A stretch of DNA of 64,000 nt, taken from assembly GCA_051362555.1 (NCBI GenBank), contig CM120646.1, positions 496,001 through 560,000 on the forward strand. Direction: 5' to 3'. The translations under genes and the position numbers were made by a program. The DNA comes from Lingula anatina. Its lineage: Eukaryota > Animalia > Brachiopoda. Within the stretch, counting starts at the first letter, position 1. Each line of letters opens with the position of its first letter. The notes beneath the pieces are model-generated. The model had not been told where the DNA came from. It saw only the letters and a list, made by a program, of their open reading frames with translations, and did no database searches. Shown here piece after piece: positions 1 through 20,483 of the stretch.

Positions 1-3000
1 TATTTAACAGACCTAAAATGGTCAGAACTATTCTCGGTGTCATTGTGTCTAAGTGTGAACTCGCCCCAGGCATGCAATGAATACGAGAACTCATCTGTGC
101 TGTTAGAGACACTTGCGTCCTGGTGAAATAAACCTGAAATGATTAGGCATATTCACAAAATGAGACGATAGAATGTCCCGGGTAGTATTTCTGCATGTAT
201 TTATCCAAAGAAATTGGAGCTGTTTAGATTTGTTGTCAGGTTTTGTGACAACTGTAACCTAAATCGGGTTGCATTTGTTTGTGAGACTTGTGCCCTTAAT
301 TCCGTGTCTACTCAAGTACATCTTCAGACTTGGAGGAGGGGAGGAAAAGGGAAGGAAGGAAAGGCAGAGATCAGGTATCTCATCACTTGGTAGAGAAATC
401 CCTCACTAGTAAACTTCATATTCACAATAAGAGATGTGCAATGGCAAAGAACAACCCTGCTTGTATTCATGTAGAAAGAACTGCATCTGATTCAAAATGA
501 TGTCAGAATCTCCGAAAATCATCTTAAAGCACACTAGAAAATTTTTAATCCAAAAAGAAGTGTAAAATGTGAACCTGTGACAACATTGATCAATTTAAAA
601 AACACAGTGCAGCACAGAAGTTCTTTTCCACTCTACGCTGGCTGACTGAAAATATCTACAAAATATATATGTTTTAGACACCAAGGGGTGAAATGAGCTA
701 CGTAGTACTGGTAATATGACGCTTTTATTTTCTGCATCAAAATTATTAAGAAAGTAAGAATGCTTTACCTTGATCTACTTGGCTAATTCAACATGTCTGC
801 ACCAGCTCCGATAACAACCAGAGATATACACAAAATGACAACTATCCTTTTTCACCTCCCTCTTAAATACACATATGATTCTCTTTCGCAAATAAAATCA
901 ACTACAAATTTTCTATTATCCAAGGTTTTGTCAAAAGAAAAATCAAGTAATTTCACACCCTTAGCCAAGAGGTATTTTGCCAAGGCGTGCTATAGCCACC
1001 TCCGTCACGGAGACACAGCAGTACAACACATAATACAGGGTTTATAGAAATGAACACTCAATGGGCGAACATACTGAACATACAAATCTTTTCTATCATA
1101 TCACTCTCTGATTAGCCTATTATGTCTTCACGTATGTCTGCAGGCTAAAAATTTTACAGCCTAATAGGTTATAGTAAAATGTTGAGAAAAAGGTTTCTGA
1201 TTCTGTGCTCTTTATTTTCTTTAGCCCAAATCATTTTCCATTCTCTCACAAACATTTACGTCGTAATTAAGAGAGATATATACAGACAGACAATGGATTC
1301 TTGTCATCAGATACAGACATGCCAATCAAGAGAAATGAACATATTACTGTTATAACAAAATCTGAAACAAGTACGGAATAAATTGAAGATGAACTGCTAA
1401 ATCTTTGTGGAGTTTAAGTTTACCACCTGACATCTCAAAAATAATCAATAATTTATTTACTGAAGGTAAGAGCACAGTCTACGGAGGTGTCAATGCAGTA
1501 TTTACTTAGTTGTAAAGATCATCGCAAAGGTTGAGGAACGCAGGGTCACCATGTCACCAACTCGCTGCCCTCAGGTGATCACTAAACTGGCAAACTGTTG
1601 GTGGTCTGACCCCCCATTATCTGACCCCCTACCATTATCTGACCCCCTACCATCACTTTCTCTGAACTGTCAGCTAACTCTGGTCTGGCAAACTGATGCC
1701 AAATGCTAAAAAATAATTCCACTTTGTCAGAAAAAAAAAAGAAGTTTAATATGTAACTACATTTATTTGGTCAAGGCTTTTATCAAATTGGTACAAAATT
1801 GCGATTTGCCAACGATTTGGTCCAAAGAAATATCATCTTGGAGATAGAGAATTAAAATGATCTGAATGTTTCCCTCCTCTCCTCCACATAATACAGCTTT
1901 ACTCCACACTTTGCCATCCCTGAACTCAAGTAGACCGTCAAGTCACAAGGTTGAATCATCTTCCAAATCCCCACCCTCCAACAAAGCTTCATCTTTAAAA
2001 AATTCTGTACAGGACGTCTTTGGGTGTTTTTAAGCTTTTAATCTTTGCTTTTGTCATATCATTTCCGCTTTGAAACAGGCTAAAAAGACCAAGAGGAACA
2101 AAGACATCGTCTGTTGGGGCCCGAGGTGAGGGCATAGCTTACAGAACTTCACCATTAAGCCAGTGTCTCAAACTTAGCTCATGTTACTAAGTCCAGAGCC
2201 TCTGGTGATAAGATTGCATCTTGCAGTCAAAACAGAAAACTCACAACCCAATGATTCCATTATATACCACGAGTTCAAAGCTGGGGATAATTTACGAAAT
2301 TCTCAAGGGATTTCTTTCATGGGGGAGTTTTCCTCTTTTATTCTGCAGTGGAAGGTGTATAATCATTACATAAAAAAACACTCACCTTAAAATGTCAGTA
2401 AATGTCCTAAGACGGTTCTTATGTTTAAGTTCAAAAAGGAACAGTAAGATGAGCCACACTCAATATGACTTACATTAACTGCTTCATAACAAATCTACGG
2501 AATTGTTAATCAAACCGTATTCATCAAGATTTTTTATTCTTATGGCATAGTGCCTTTCAATGTCCCCAAAGCAGAAAATAATGGTTTGGAAGTCAGATGA
2601 AGGAAGCACATTGCAATGTGGTACGACTGATTGTAAATCATCGCCACCACACTGGCAGGTTAGATTACAAAATGTTTCACATTTAACGTGCTAAACGTTC
2701 TCTGTTACAAACCCTCTGACAAGTGCTTTTGTCCCCATACTGCAGGTCTGTGTAGACACTAGTGTAGCCAGGTAAACTGATATCAAAGACCAATGCAATC
2801 AAATGAAATAATGAGCTATCCGAGGCGCCATACCACATCGCAGCAGGTGCACTTTGCTGAATTATTTTTTCTGACAAAACCCAGCTATTATTAATCCCCC
2901 CCCCCCAAAAAAAAAAAAATGTTACCATAAAGGAAAGAGTACTACGTATACCATTCCTCATAGTAGAATATGCACAGAAAACCTTTAAAATATTATGAAA

Positions 3001-3136
3001 AATTCAAAGAATCAACATAAATGTAAAATTTACAAACTTATTTGACAAAAAACTTACCACTGTCTTATAAACAGATAATTTTTTAAAACATCACTTGATC
3101 AACCCATTCTATTTCTTGGTAAAAATAATAAGTTAA

Positions 3137-3761
3137 AGCAATAATAACTCTTCCTTTGAGATTCAAAATTCCGCATGAAATACATTGTAAACAACGCATG
3201 GAAATATATTCTATTGTATTTTACCACTAAAACGGCCGTTATTGTAGTAAAACTAAAATCTGTGCTTGTCAATAGGGCTTACGATGCTTTTCCTCCCGGT
3301 CATCAAGGCATTCGTTGCTAATGACGTAATGGTGTCACGCGGATTCTCGCGTTCATTCGAGACCAAAATAACATATGGCGGCAAACGCATTAATGCAGAC
3401 GCAGACGTAAGTTGCGAGTTTTTGTACAGTGCGTCGGATAACGAAAAGCCCAGAATGGCACACATTGTGGATATTAATGTATTTTTAACAAAAAGACGAA
3501 TATATCTCATGAATCTTATATAGTGTTGTTGTTGTCTGCTTTTCCCGCGGTTTTAAGTAGGTCAACAGTGACTATGCGATGTCAGAGAGAGCTCCGTCAG
3601 TTAAAATCTCTTAAGAGATTTTAACAAAAAACCGTACGAAAAAAACCCTGGATTAACTTTGAATGCAGGAATGGGGTCGCTGACCATTGGTAAGTACGGG
3701 AAAATTGCCGTTTACTCCAGGAAAATCCAATTTTTGGCCAAAATGAAGAGTTATTATGACT
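3137..3761. mobile_element. Kolobok-like non-autonomous DNA transposon (MITE), copy A
   Basis: Flanked by TTAA on both sides (3133-3136, 3762-3765). Imperfect TIRs AGCAATAATAACTCTT / AAGAGTTATTATGACT have AG..CT ends. A closely similar copy lies in opposite orientation at 21776-22429. Confidence 0.75.
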
Positions 3762-4216
3762 TTAAAGTTAAGGTCTATTAGTAACTTTATGTTGATTTTA
3801 GTACAATCGCACTTCAGTAAAATGTCCCGATTGATTTGCCGTGAGTGAAAGTAGACTAAAGATACTGATTTTTTAACTCAAGACCAAAGTTAGACAGAAG
3901 TTTCTTATTGAATCCAATTCTAACTGCTTAAGCCATAACCTTTATGCATGGGATTCACATATGACAAGAAGAGCAATGTAACTGTAAAACTGAGAACCCT
4001 CTTAAAATTATGATGATCTACTTTTTTTCATTGTGACAGCTGAGAGCACTGTGTTAGAGGTTCCTTGGAAATGAAGCCCACTGACAAACAGATAAAAATG
4101 GAGTGACAGTCTAATCACTTATGTGATTAATGAACCCAGTAGTAATGTTAATATGTGGTCCACAGTGAATTTTGCCCACAGTTTGTCTCATGATGATGTG
4201 TATTGTTTGTACAGAT

Positions 4217-5114
4217 CAGATATGCTGAAAACTTTTCAGAATGGCCAGACATTTGGACCGGCAGTAATGAAACATTTGCCGGACTGTATGGATTTTTGTC
4301 AGACCAAAAATCACCCTTTCCGTTTGAGACAGATACTACTGGTCAGTATGATTAGGGTAGCTTACTTTGTTTGTGAATATGATAGGTGAGAAATGAAAGG
4401 GAAAAACGCTTTGAGTTTTACATGATTTTATTAGTGAAGTATGTCCCAATGATAACTGTAAATTCAAAATTGCTGCTCTTAAAACTCAACTACAATACTT
4501 GGTTGGAAGTCTTCTTATTTAAAGACATCAGACAATATCTAGTTTAGACTTTTTCCACTGAAATACTTTTAAAACTTGCACATACTTTCCTAAAAGATTT
4601 GTGAGACAATTTTATGTAAATATAAACATACATATTTCCAACAAATAATACCAGCTATTTTCAGCTGTGTAATAAAGTGGTCAGAAGAATGTTTAAGTGC
4701 TCTTTCTTTGCTTAAGATCTACAATTCTGTTATGTTTTGGTACAGGTACTGTTGTATTTTTTAAAAATCACTTATATAAAGATGAAAGTGAAACTTTCAG
4801 AAGTCACAAGTCCTAGTATCCTAATAATTTGTAAACACTGCAATAAATATTGTATAAATTTAACAGGATCTCTGATAAAGCAAGAGGATTTCTTCTACTG
4901 TGTACATTGAATACAGATCAAAACTTGTTTTACAAGAATGAATAGCTGGTTTGTTTTCAAATTTCTCTCAGAATATTAAGTGCATTGCCCATTAAAAACT
5001 TCCATACATCAAATGGTATTTAACAACTTTTGGACCGACCAAGTCCAATTTTTTACCGGTCCAGATAAATTTTCCAGGTCATGACCGATCGAACCGGCAG
5101 TTTCAGCATGTCTG
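4217..5114. mobile_element. hAT-like non-autonomous element remnant
   Basis: TIR CAGATATGCTGAAAACT vs AGTTTCAGCATGTCTG. Subterminal GGACCG/ACCGG motifs occur at both ends. Flanked by an ACAGAT direct repeat (6 bp, shorter than the 8 bp expected for hAT). Confidence 0.5.
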
Positions 5115-8100
5115 ACAGATGTGTTAAGTGGTCTTTGTGTTTAGGTTATGTTAACCATTCCAACTGAATGTTTTATACATATCTTACAAAATGTAGGGCT
5201 GACTTTACTTAGCCTTTTTTTCTGATGAACCATATGTTTGAAAAATTAAAATGAACATGTTTTAAAAATCAGTTAAATCGGAAAAATGTCATGATGTAGC
5301 CCCACTTTCCTCTTTTCTGTATATATTTGTGCAGCTTGTGCAGAGTAGTTAACTGAAGATCTAACTTAGTTTTTTAGGTTGAAATAGCACTGTAACAGTT
5401 CAAGCTTGAGTTATTATATCACCTAAAACAAACATCCCTACTGTACATTTTTCTGTCCACTTGAACTACATTAAGAAAATATCAAAATACTACTGCTCTC
5501 AAGGGAAGAATGTACTAGTATTAGCAGACGTGTAAATATCAATTTGAAAATGTTCCACTTGCCTCTTAACTCAGCTGATCAACTACTCCAAAGAGGCAGT
5601 GCAATCAATAACAGTATTTACTATAGCTCTGACCCTGCTGAATACCAGTTAAAAAGGTCAGTGTGCCTGACAGGCAATCATACAGACAACATTCTAATGA
5701 ACTTGTTCACAGTGCAGCAGCAGCCACCATGGTCTTATACATTCTAAATCTTGATAATTTGCAGATTGGATTACATGGTGTGGAATGCAGTATTTGTTAT
5801 AGGCAATCTTTTCTGTTCAATTGTAATCATCCTTTGCAAATAAATATTAGATAAATGCAGATTGTTGCCACTAATTGTATTAGAAATATGGAGAGGATGG
5901 GTGGGTGGGAAATACAGTCTGAATCAAAATTTTGACTTAAATTATATGCCATTTATCAACTTGGGTCAACTACTAGGTTCCTCTTTTTCTGAAAAATAAC
6001 TCCTCTTCCCTTTAAAATTAAGAGACTAGAAGAAGAAGAATACCTCACAACAGCCAAAGAACAAAACCAGTTCACAGCTGGTCTGAATCGTGGTTTGTGA
6101 ACACAGCCCTAGAGCTACAAATGAATCTCAACCAAGAACTGGCCAGGCTTATTGATTTCTTTAAAAGCTTTTCATTTAATTAATGGTCATCAAGAGAACC
6201 AGTGCATTGACTGGAGGGCCTCCACATAACAGTGTGTGGAGAGAGCTGTATAATGATAATAAGATGTCTTTCTTTGTTGTTGAACTGCAGCTGGGATCTT
6301 GCGGTCAAGAGATCAATACATGCAGAGAAATACAGCACACTGCTCATTTCATTTGTTTTGTACAATTAGGTATTCACAGAGAGATGTAATACTAAAGCTT
6401 CTGTACTCTCATACATTTATACTGTAAATATACTGGTACAACAGCACTGACCTTATATGACAGATTTTCTTGAAAGTAGAATAAAGATAACCCATAGCAT
6501 TATCTTTTTTAAATCAAGTAGCAAAATATTCCCTGCTAAATTCAATATCACATCATGGCACTTATCAACAAAAGCATGTTAAGCATTTCTCAATAAAAAA
6601 TAAACTCTCTGACAAAACTGATTCTCTCCAGCTTTTAAGCAGTATATTACAAATCATAAATAAATATTTCAAAATCAAAAGTACTAGTACTTACAACATA
6701 CAGAAATAAACCTGGGGGATTGAACACACCTACATGCAGCTCCCTCCAAACTCAGTCACTACGTATACACTGTATCCTCCAATCCATCCCCACTGACAAG
6801 TTTGTGACTCTTTTTATCCGTGTGATGATGTTATTGATCACATAGAGAGAGTTCTGTTATTAAATCCTTTCACTATTCACAGACATGTATTCACACCATG
6901 AATGGTTACAGATAAATCAGGGTTTTATTGGAAATTTTTTTCTACTATGTTCAATACTCTGTTGTTGAACAGAACTGACAAAAATGATTGCTTTATTATT
7001 GCATATCATGATTCTGCTTGGAGCTTGGATGCCATCCTTTTCATACTTATTGATTGATGTGGTGATTGCACAGAAAGAGGAAAATTATAAAGCATCCTAT
7101 AGATATCAAACAATATTTTCCAGTGCAAAGCTTCTTTCTCTGTTTTGAATGTTCTACTTGCTGTTGTTCTTTACTGTGTATTAAATATTTATATGAATAA
7201 TTATGACATATTGATAAGAGCTAAAAAATTGCAAATTTTTTTCAGGTGTAATATATACCTTTTAGACTTTACTTTCAATATTGTAGCATCCTTGGTTCAT
7301 TGATTATTTGATACTTCTTAAGAAAGATACAGAACAGAAAACCTTATTTTTCAATAAATATTGTTATTTTACAAATATGAAAATGAGAGAAATATGATCT
7401 ATGAAAAAATGACTGCATACTTAATAAATAAATAAAATAATAGATAAATAAAATTTTAAAAATGTATCAAAAAATATGTTACCAAATTTATTTGATAAAA
7501 GTTTCTATTTATTCTTAAATTTCATTTTTATTTTGTACCTCAAAGACTAATTTGGACCAACGCATGCATGTTTTGATTTTTTTAATAACATAACTTGCAT
7601 TCATTCTATGTATTCATCAAACTTGTTTCAGGACAATGGACTTTGTTTTATCACACTGACAAGGAAATAATACGACTCTGTCTCAAAAATACAAGCTGAC
7701 TATGTAGTTTTAATCTGTTATAACTCGTAAGTAAATTCATTTATTCTTTTCTCTTTTTGCACTGCAGATGGTGATACCGAAGATGACTGACCAGTGAACA
7801 GATCAAAGGCTGAGCAAGGGATTTTGCAAACTACATGTATAAAACCTGGAAGTTGGGACTATTTGTGTTTAAACATTTACCCCTAAGATACACCACTCAG
7901 CGATATCACGATGAAAATACAATATGAACATGAAATAGTCCAAACGTGCAATGTTTTTCTTATCTTACGAAGGAGAGTAAAAATTGCATCTATTTTTAGG
8001 AAAGAAAGTGTTTGACTGGTCAGTTTCGCTTGCCTTTTAATAGTCTTTCGTTATAATCAAACTGGCAAATTGCACTACTTATCCTCTTTGCATATTATCT

Positions 8101-8299
8101 GAAAACACGCAGTCTCATCTGATGAACGACAAATGTACTCACCCATGTCTGCAGAATCCATCGTCTTCTCAGCATCAGCGTTAAATTCATCACTTTCGAG
8201 AGCCACCGGTGGAACTTCGCACGTGTCCGCCATGTTGGGGAAATTCTCACAAAGTCTCGCGAGATGTCAACAAACTCCTCACGTCTTACGTAAAGAGAC

Positions 8300-9643
8300 A
8301 TGGCTCCCTCCAGGTGTGGGATGCGAGTGCGGATTTCACTCGCTGTTATCGGCATTATAGTGGGCTTGGCAGTTCTTGGTGTGTTTGGGGTTAAATTCAA
8401 GAACTGGAGTGCAGCAATATGGGGCGCTATTTCAGGTAATTTTTCTGTGGAATTACTGTAGAATAACCGAATAAACGACGTGCTTATGTCACCCTTGGAT
8501 GACACATGTAATAATAAAAACAAGATTATCATGATTTTAAAAGTGTTATTGAAAAGATTTACTTTAAAGGAAGAATTTTCTAGTACATGTATTTAACAAA
8601 AGTCAATTTATGCTGAGTAGAAGTTATGTTGGATGTTAGACTCTTCAAGTAGAATAAATGAATAAATGTTTAAATTATTTTTTGCAAATCATGATTGGTG
8701 CATTAAGTAGACAGGTAAACAGTGAACTTGGCCACACCTTGAATTTCAAGTTCTAATAGAAACTCATCTCTAATATTATAGCATCATGAAGTCTATAGCT
8801 GTGGTGATGATTGACCAGTTCTGTGACATTTGTACTAAATAAATGAATAAATAAAGTACATGTGTAAATTATCATTTAGAATAAATATTTGATGTCAGAA
8901 CATGATTTGATTTGTTTTGTCCTTCCAGGTGTCTTCGCCGCAGTAACACTGTATGTCCACATACAGTATATACGAGACATCTGGAAAACCTTCTTCTACA
9001 AGCTGAAGTATCTGATGTACACAGGGTGTTTTGTACAGCTGGCAGGAGTGTGTGGATTTATAGTGTACCTGACACTGGGCATTGTACAGAAAATAGGTAG
9101 GTTTATTGAAAGGTATAGGAAATTAAGGGACTGCCCCTCCACTTTCCCCTTCCCTCGGTCCTTCTCTCTTAAATTGTTTAGCCCGCAAAAGTGTCGAGGA
9201 AAAAAAGCCATTGAAACCCTCATCTATATATATATATATATATATTCTTCTTTTGCCCATGATCCAAATGTTAAAAATCCAGGCCTTGCTTGCTTGAGAG
9301 CACTGCAAATTGTGACCGCATGCAAAAAATGCAATTTAAATGTCATCATCCCGAATTGCAAACATTTCCAGGTGGATGAATAATGATAATTGTAGTTGAT
9401 GTTGGTATTATTATCGTAAATCCAATACCTTATTTTGGAAAATGGTTGTATTGTAAATTGGAACAAAATGATATAATTTTTTTTCTTATTTCAGTTTTTA
9501 CTGAATTCTATGGAGAGAACTACTACCTAACATGTGTCTGGTGTTTTATGACTTGGAAGTGGGGCTTTGCTCTGTTCTACTACTCACGTTCCTACAGAAG
9601 ACTCTATGAAGACACGTATCTGATATCAAACCAAGAGGAATAA
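8300..9643 (+). CDS. SLC48A1: Heme transporter HRG1 (SLC48A1), 3 exons, ~150 aa
   Basis: Exons 8300-8435, 8929-9096, 9495-9643 join in frame with GT-AG sites. Starts MAPSR, has four hydrophobic segments, a TM2 His (LYVHIQY), a CVWCFMTWKWG motif and C-terminal YSRSY (cf. YAHRY). Confidence 0.9.
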
Positions 9644-12600
9644 CATCATGAATTATTTTGGGGGGTGGAAAGTTTTGTTCCCTTGTGTTATTTTTAGTCT
9701 TACAAAAGACTATACAAATGTGCATTTTTGATAACAAATTCAGAAGGAGCAGCAGCAAAAATTGCTACATAAAAAGAAAGTTGGATTTCACCTCCAAACA
9801 AAGAGGGCAGTAATACAACTTATTTTTGAGGGAAATTGTGTTCCATCTCCTTCTGTGAAGTGTTCATGAAGATACATGTTAGACTGAAAAGCAAGAGATG
9901 ACATAATAACTTTTCATTTTAAGAATTAAGTCTAAAGGAACAAAGTGACAACTATCCACGTGGCATTGCAAGAGAACGGCAACATTTGGTTGTTGTATAC
10001 AGAAAGCATTATTAAGAGTAGCTAGTATTAGGTTATTACAGTGATATCTCTGTACTCTACGCTTACATATACACATTCACTTATACATCAGAAGTGTAAT
10101 CAGCTCTTTCTGCACAAATAATTTGTGTTGGATTTCCTGTGAAGTGCTCATAAAGAGAAACTTTAGGGAGAGGCAGAGATGTCCTTTATTTCTTTTTCCC
10201 CCCCGTGTTCAATATTTTTCTCGTTTTCACATTAGATCAAATTCTACTTCATCAGAAAGTTATTTAATTTCACATTTAAAGCAGAAGTATATTTTGATAA
10301 TTTCCCTTAGTAAAAATTATTTAGCAAAAGAACAAATGGCAGCAAGACGTACTGTTACCAAATACGCTTCTCCATCGAAACAAAGGGTTTGGGGTCACCC
10401 ACGCCCACTTCTGGACAGAATACTGCTGCCAGTCTTTCCTTATAAGCTTTGTAAACATATTAACCAATTTTATAAACATATTGGCCAGTTGTTAAATATT
10501 TTAGGAAGACATATACACATGATTGTGAGAATGTATAAGCAAATATGTTAGTCAGATTTGAGGGATATTTAGAATTATATGATCTGATGAAGGGATTATA
10601 TTTTTAACTTTGAAAAAAAAAAAGAGGTCGTTTTTGTTAGTTTTGATTTACGTAACCAACCCAAATATATCTCAATGTAAGATGCTCAAAATGTTAATTA
10701 TGGTTATGAAGATTGGTTTGTTATCCTTAATAAAGTACGTTCAAGTAAAACTCAAGAGAGAGTTGGTGCCAGCAAACAATTCTGAGACTAATAAAAGTTC
10801 ACAAAATTCTGATATATATACCAATTAACTTTATTTCAGAATAAATTACAATATTTTTTTACTGGTTTATAGTTAACACTGTCACAAATCAACCAAGTAA
10901 CTTGTTTCAACTGAAAAAATGTCATTTCCTCTATAAGTGCAAAAATTAACTGGAAAAAAAAAAACAAAGTGATCTGAAAATTATGTCAAATTGAAACAAT
11001 ACGTTTGCCAATGCTTAAAGGGATAACAACTCTTCATTTTGGTAGTAAAAGTGCCATAAAAGGGATTTTCCTGGGGTAAATGACAATTTTTCGCATTACA
11101 CTTTCCAAAGGTAAATGAATCCCTTCTAAAATTCGAAGTTAGTCGATTAGGTTTTTTAAAGAAGTGTGGTTTTTTGTAATAATTTCTTAATAAGGCCCAT
11201 GTTGTTTGATGGAAAGCACACATTACAGAATAATTGTGTGAACTGTCATTTTACTGGTAATATGGCGTCTTGTATAAAATGAATTTATTTTGGAATTTTG
11301 AATTTCATATGGAGAGTCGTCTCTTTAACTGAAATGGACAATGAAGGAAAAAAATTATAATTGGAGACTCATAAATTTAGTTTTTCTTTCTTGTAAAAAG
11401 AAACAATTCCCAGGTTTATGCTGGAAAATTTTGATTCTTGGCCAAGTAGCTTTTCTATAATTTAATCCATTATAAATTGGCCTATAATGACTACATATTT
11501 TTGTTTTAAGTTAAGCTTATTTCAATCATTTTCAATCACTTTAATGCCTGGAAAAGCAGTGAACCCAAGAAACAAAGCTTGTATAGTTATATATATATGA
11601 CAATTCATTACACATGTTCTAATATCTGAAAAATGCATGCACTAACATAATTCATAATAATTATACCAATCATTACATTTACATTAATCAGATTATAGAA
11701 TAGATTGTGATGATTATGTTACTACCTGATCTTGTTGCATGTTGCATTTTCTCTAAATTTCTGTTTATCTGACTGTTATTCTCGAGGGGTTGAGAAACAA
11801 GATTTCCAATATGCTGAAAGTAGTTCAACTGGATTCCCTTACTTATGAATCCCGAGGACTATCCTAAGACACTAAATGGTCACAAGCTGTCTTATCTCTG
11901 TTCCACCATTGTTTTGGACTGTCAAGCAATGAAAACAAGACTGTATAACGGACATTTTAGTGAGCATTTTTATCTTGACTAACATTCCCAGTCAAAAACA
12001 TCAACTTGGTCACAATTTGATTTGATAAAGGTGATCTGTAATCCATAGAACTGAATACCCCATTGTATCAGATAGTGGCTAGGAGGTTGATTCCTCTCCC
12101 ATCTTCCTGTTTTCACATATGTGCAGTCTCGAACCTCCATCTCAGGGTGCGGTACAAGCTGAAGTAGTCAGAGAATACCCCCTTACCTGGGTACCAACTG
12201 AGAACCCCCCACACCCTCTCTCCCACGATGCTCAGATGTGTCCAGTAAATATTTTGCAAACATCATGGCAATGAAATTTGGTGGAAAATGGGTTGCAAAC
12301 ATGACAAAATTGATACAACAGAAAATGTCTTTGAAACGTATCTAAAATGTCCAAAGGGATGAAAAAGTTCTGTCCTCCAATTACCACTTTCTCTGGGCCA
12401 AAAACAGTCTATGACATACCAGTACCAGATGGATAAGAGGTGTACCAAAATATCTGACACCTAAAATTACTCCACCTTTCAAAATATCTCAAAGTTTCTT
12501 CTGAAGCTCTACTCCTGTGTTGCAAGTCCTGATGTCAAGAGTCTTCAAATCTGACATCTCTGACATAGTAGTAATAGCTTTCTCACTAGTCTCTGCAACG

Positions 12601-13530
12601 GGCACACTTGTCACAAATACACAACTTTCTATCTGTTTCTTTTAAGATAAATATTGAAGAATCAGACTTATTTAAAAGTACGTATGACTTCCCAATATCT
12701 ACCTTAGATCAGAAGCCACTTTCTATGAATCATAAATACAAAAATTCTTCAATTGCACAAACTTCTATTTTCTCTTTCCAATCTTTTTCTTTAAATATTT
12801 ACATTATGTCACAATGGGACTTTTCTTTCTCCACCAAAGGTCTGCCTTGTCACATGTACAGTCTAGAAACTTAATGTTTTATGTCTCCTCATGGACAAGA
12901 CGTACAACTTTATTTAGATAATTGTTCTCTGCTGCTGTTGCTGTCATTACCCCTCTCCTCTGTTGCTGTCATTACCTGCTACAAAACTTCAATTTACTAT
13001 GGCAGCATTTCAGTGCATTGCATCTTCATTTGGCAACAAAATACAGATGAAAGTAGATTCTTTCACAACATCCTTTACACTCTGTTTCGTGTGCAGGACT
13101 CAACACTCCCTTGCCAAGAAAAAGCAAAATTTGTTGTTTTTCCTCTCCAAATGCTTTGTCAGTAATGAAAAAGAACCAATATATGTGCATATAACTTTGA
13201 AGAGGACACAAAATGTTCAACAAGAATTCTTCCATCTTCCTAAGTAAATATAAAGAGTCCACTCTAATTATTCACTTTTAAGTCCACATCTCATTATGAC
13301 CACTGTCACTAGACTGTCCACAATATGAGCAAAAAGTGTGTCTCCATTTTTATTCTGTCTGTGTGTCACTGCTGATTACTCTCAAGAGGCTCAAGAATCT
13401 GTGGTCACATCCCACTATGACATAGTTTGCTGGACTTTCTCAATCTTCAATATTCTGTCAATGTTACTGCTGCTAACTCCCTGTGTTCAGACAAAAATAT
13501 GACAGCGCACTTTGTGTTTAGACAGAAGAT

Positions 13531-19289
<5,759 letters not shown>

Positions 19290-20483
19290 GGTTCATCTTT
19301 TCTTGTCAGAAAAACTGCCTCATTAGTCAGGAAATTTTGGTAGCTAAACAAAGATAGAGGAAGAAATAAGCACACTTTCAGGGCAATCTTTCCCACCATT
19401 AATGAGTTACAGCACATTATGTAACAAACTCATCAATGTCCCTTAGAACAACGTACAGCACATGGGGATATCAGAGAGCTCCAGCACAAAAATTTGGCTT
19501 TTACTGACACTAAAGACATTAAATAAACTATGCATCTTACCTTTAGTTGATTGTATTGAAAAGAGGAGAATAATATCAGACGATTACCTGGTTCTTTATA
19601 TCATAAAAATACGAACGTGCAAGAAACTTTCGTGTCCATGTAAAAAAAAATTAAGTGACCTTCACCTTTCTAGAAAATAGAAATAAATGGCTTAAGGGAG
19701 TTTGTCCAACGAGAAACTTTAAAGGGGATCTAACTGATGTAAAATATAACCTTTTAAAAGGCTTCTTGCTTTCATCTGAAGCTGGCCCTTTAAATCTGAC
19801 GTCTAAAAATAGAATCAAAACAAAAACATCTTCAGCCATTTTTGTTTGTTGACGAAATTGCCCCCTGTTTTTTCAGCGTTGCAAGCGCCACTCATCCTTA
19901 CCAAATCAGAATCACAGAGTTAAAACTACATATTTTTGACCTGGCATTGTCGCATCCTTGCCGCGTTTCTCTGAGCTGAATAAATGCATCCGTCCCGACG
20001 ACAACTTTTGCGAACTGAAAGTGCACTTGCTCGCCAGGTGAACAGGCATACAACAACATGTGCATTTTCCATTGGCCTATATTGAGGATAATTTTTGAAG
20101 ATTGAATTGTACATTTTCAAAATTTACTTGGATAATAAAAGCAAGAAAAGAAGTGTTGGATGAGTTTTGATTCCGATTGATGTGTGTAATTTTTTGGTTA
20201 TTTTCCTAAATTGATCATACGATGGTCATGTGACTGGTTTATTTACCACTGCGGAATTGCAATTTGGGTTATGATCCATGTAGGCTGCAATAACAGTTTT
20301 CGACTGATAGAAATGGGAATTGTTCGTAACGTATGCAATAACATAAAATAAAATAATTGCTATGAAGTTAGGCACAGATAATATGACAATTAAGCTTATA
20401 ACAATTTGAAAATATGCCTCTCATCATTTTGGTTTTAATATGAATATACTTCGAATTGCCTACATGGGTGTTATACCTTCAAG
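19290..20483. promoter_or_regulatory. Probable bidirectional promoter / 5'UTR region between DCAF8 and LIPE
   Basis: Head-to-head start codons ~1.2 kb apart. CpG-containing stretch at 19850-20060. YY1-like AAAATGGCTG on the minus strand near 19833-19842. Confidence 0.45.

Noticed and set aside
3253-3523. Paired 85-aa ORFs also seen at 22071-22305
   Set aside because: They lie inside the MITE, have no recognisable domain, and differ in length between copies.
1-8100. Scattered splice-like signals (e.g. 7631-7726, 7770) suggesting another gene
   Set aside because: No coherent coding frame or recognisable protein; these could be UTR or lncRNA exons but cannot be supported.
8095-8532. 145-aa minus-strand ORF
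   Set aside because: Antisense to HRG1 exon 1, with no independent coding signal.
10830-10845. Back-to-back poly(A) signals for convergent HRG1 and DCAF8
   Set aside because: AATAAA is too frequent in this AT-rich sequence to assign without transcript data.
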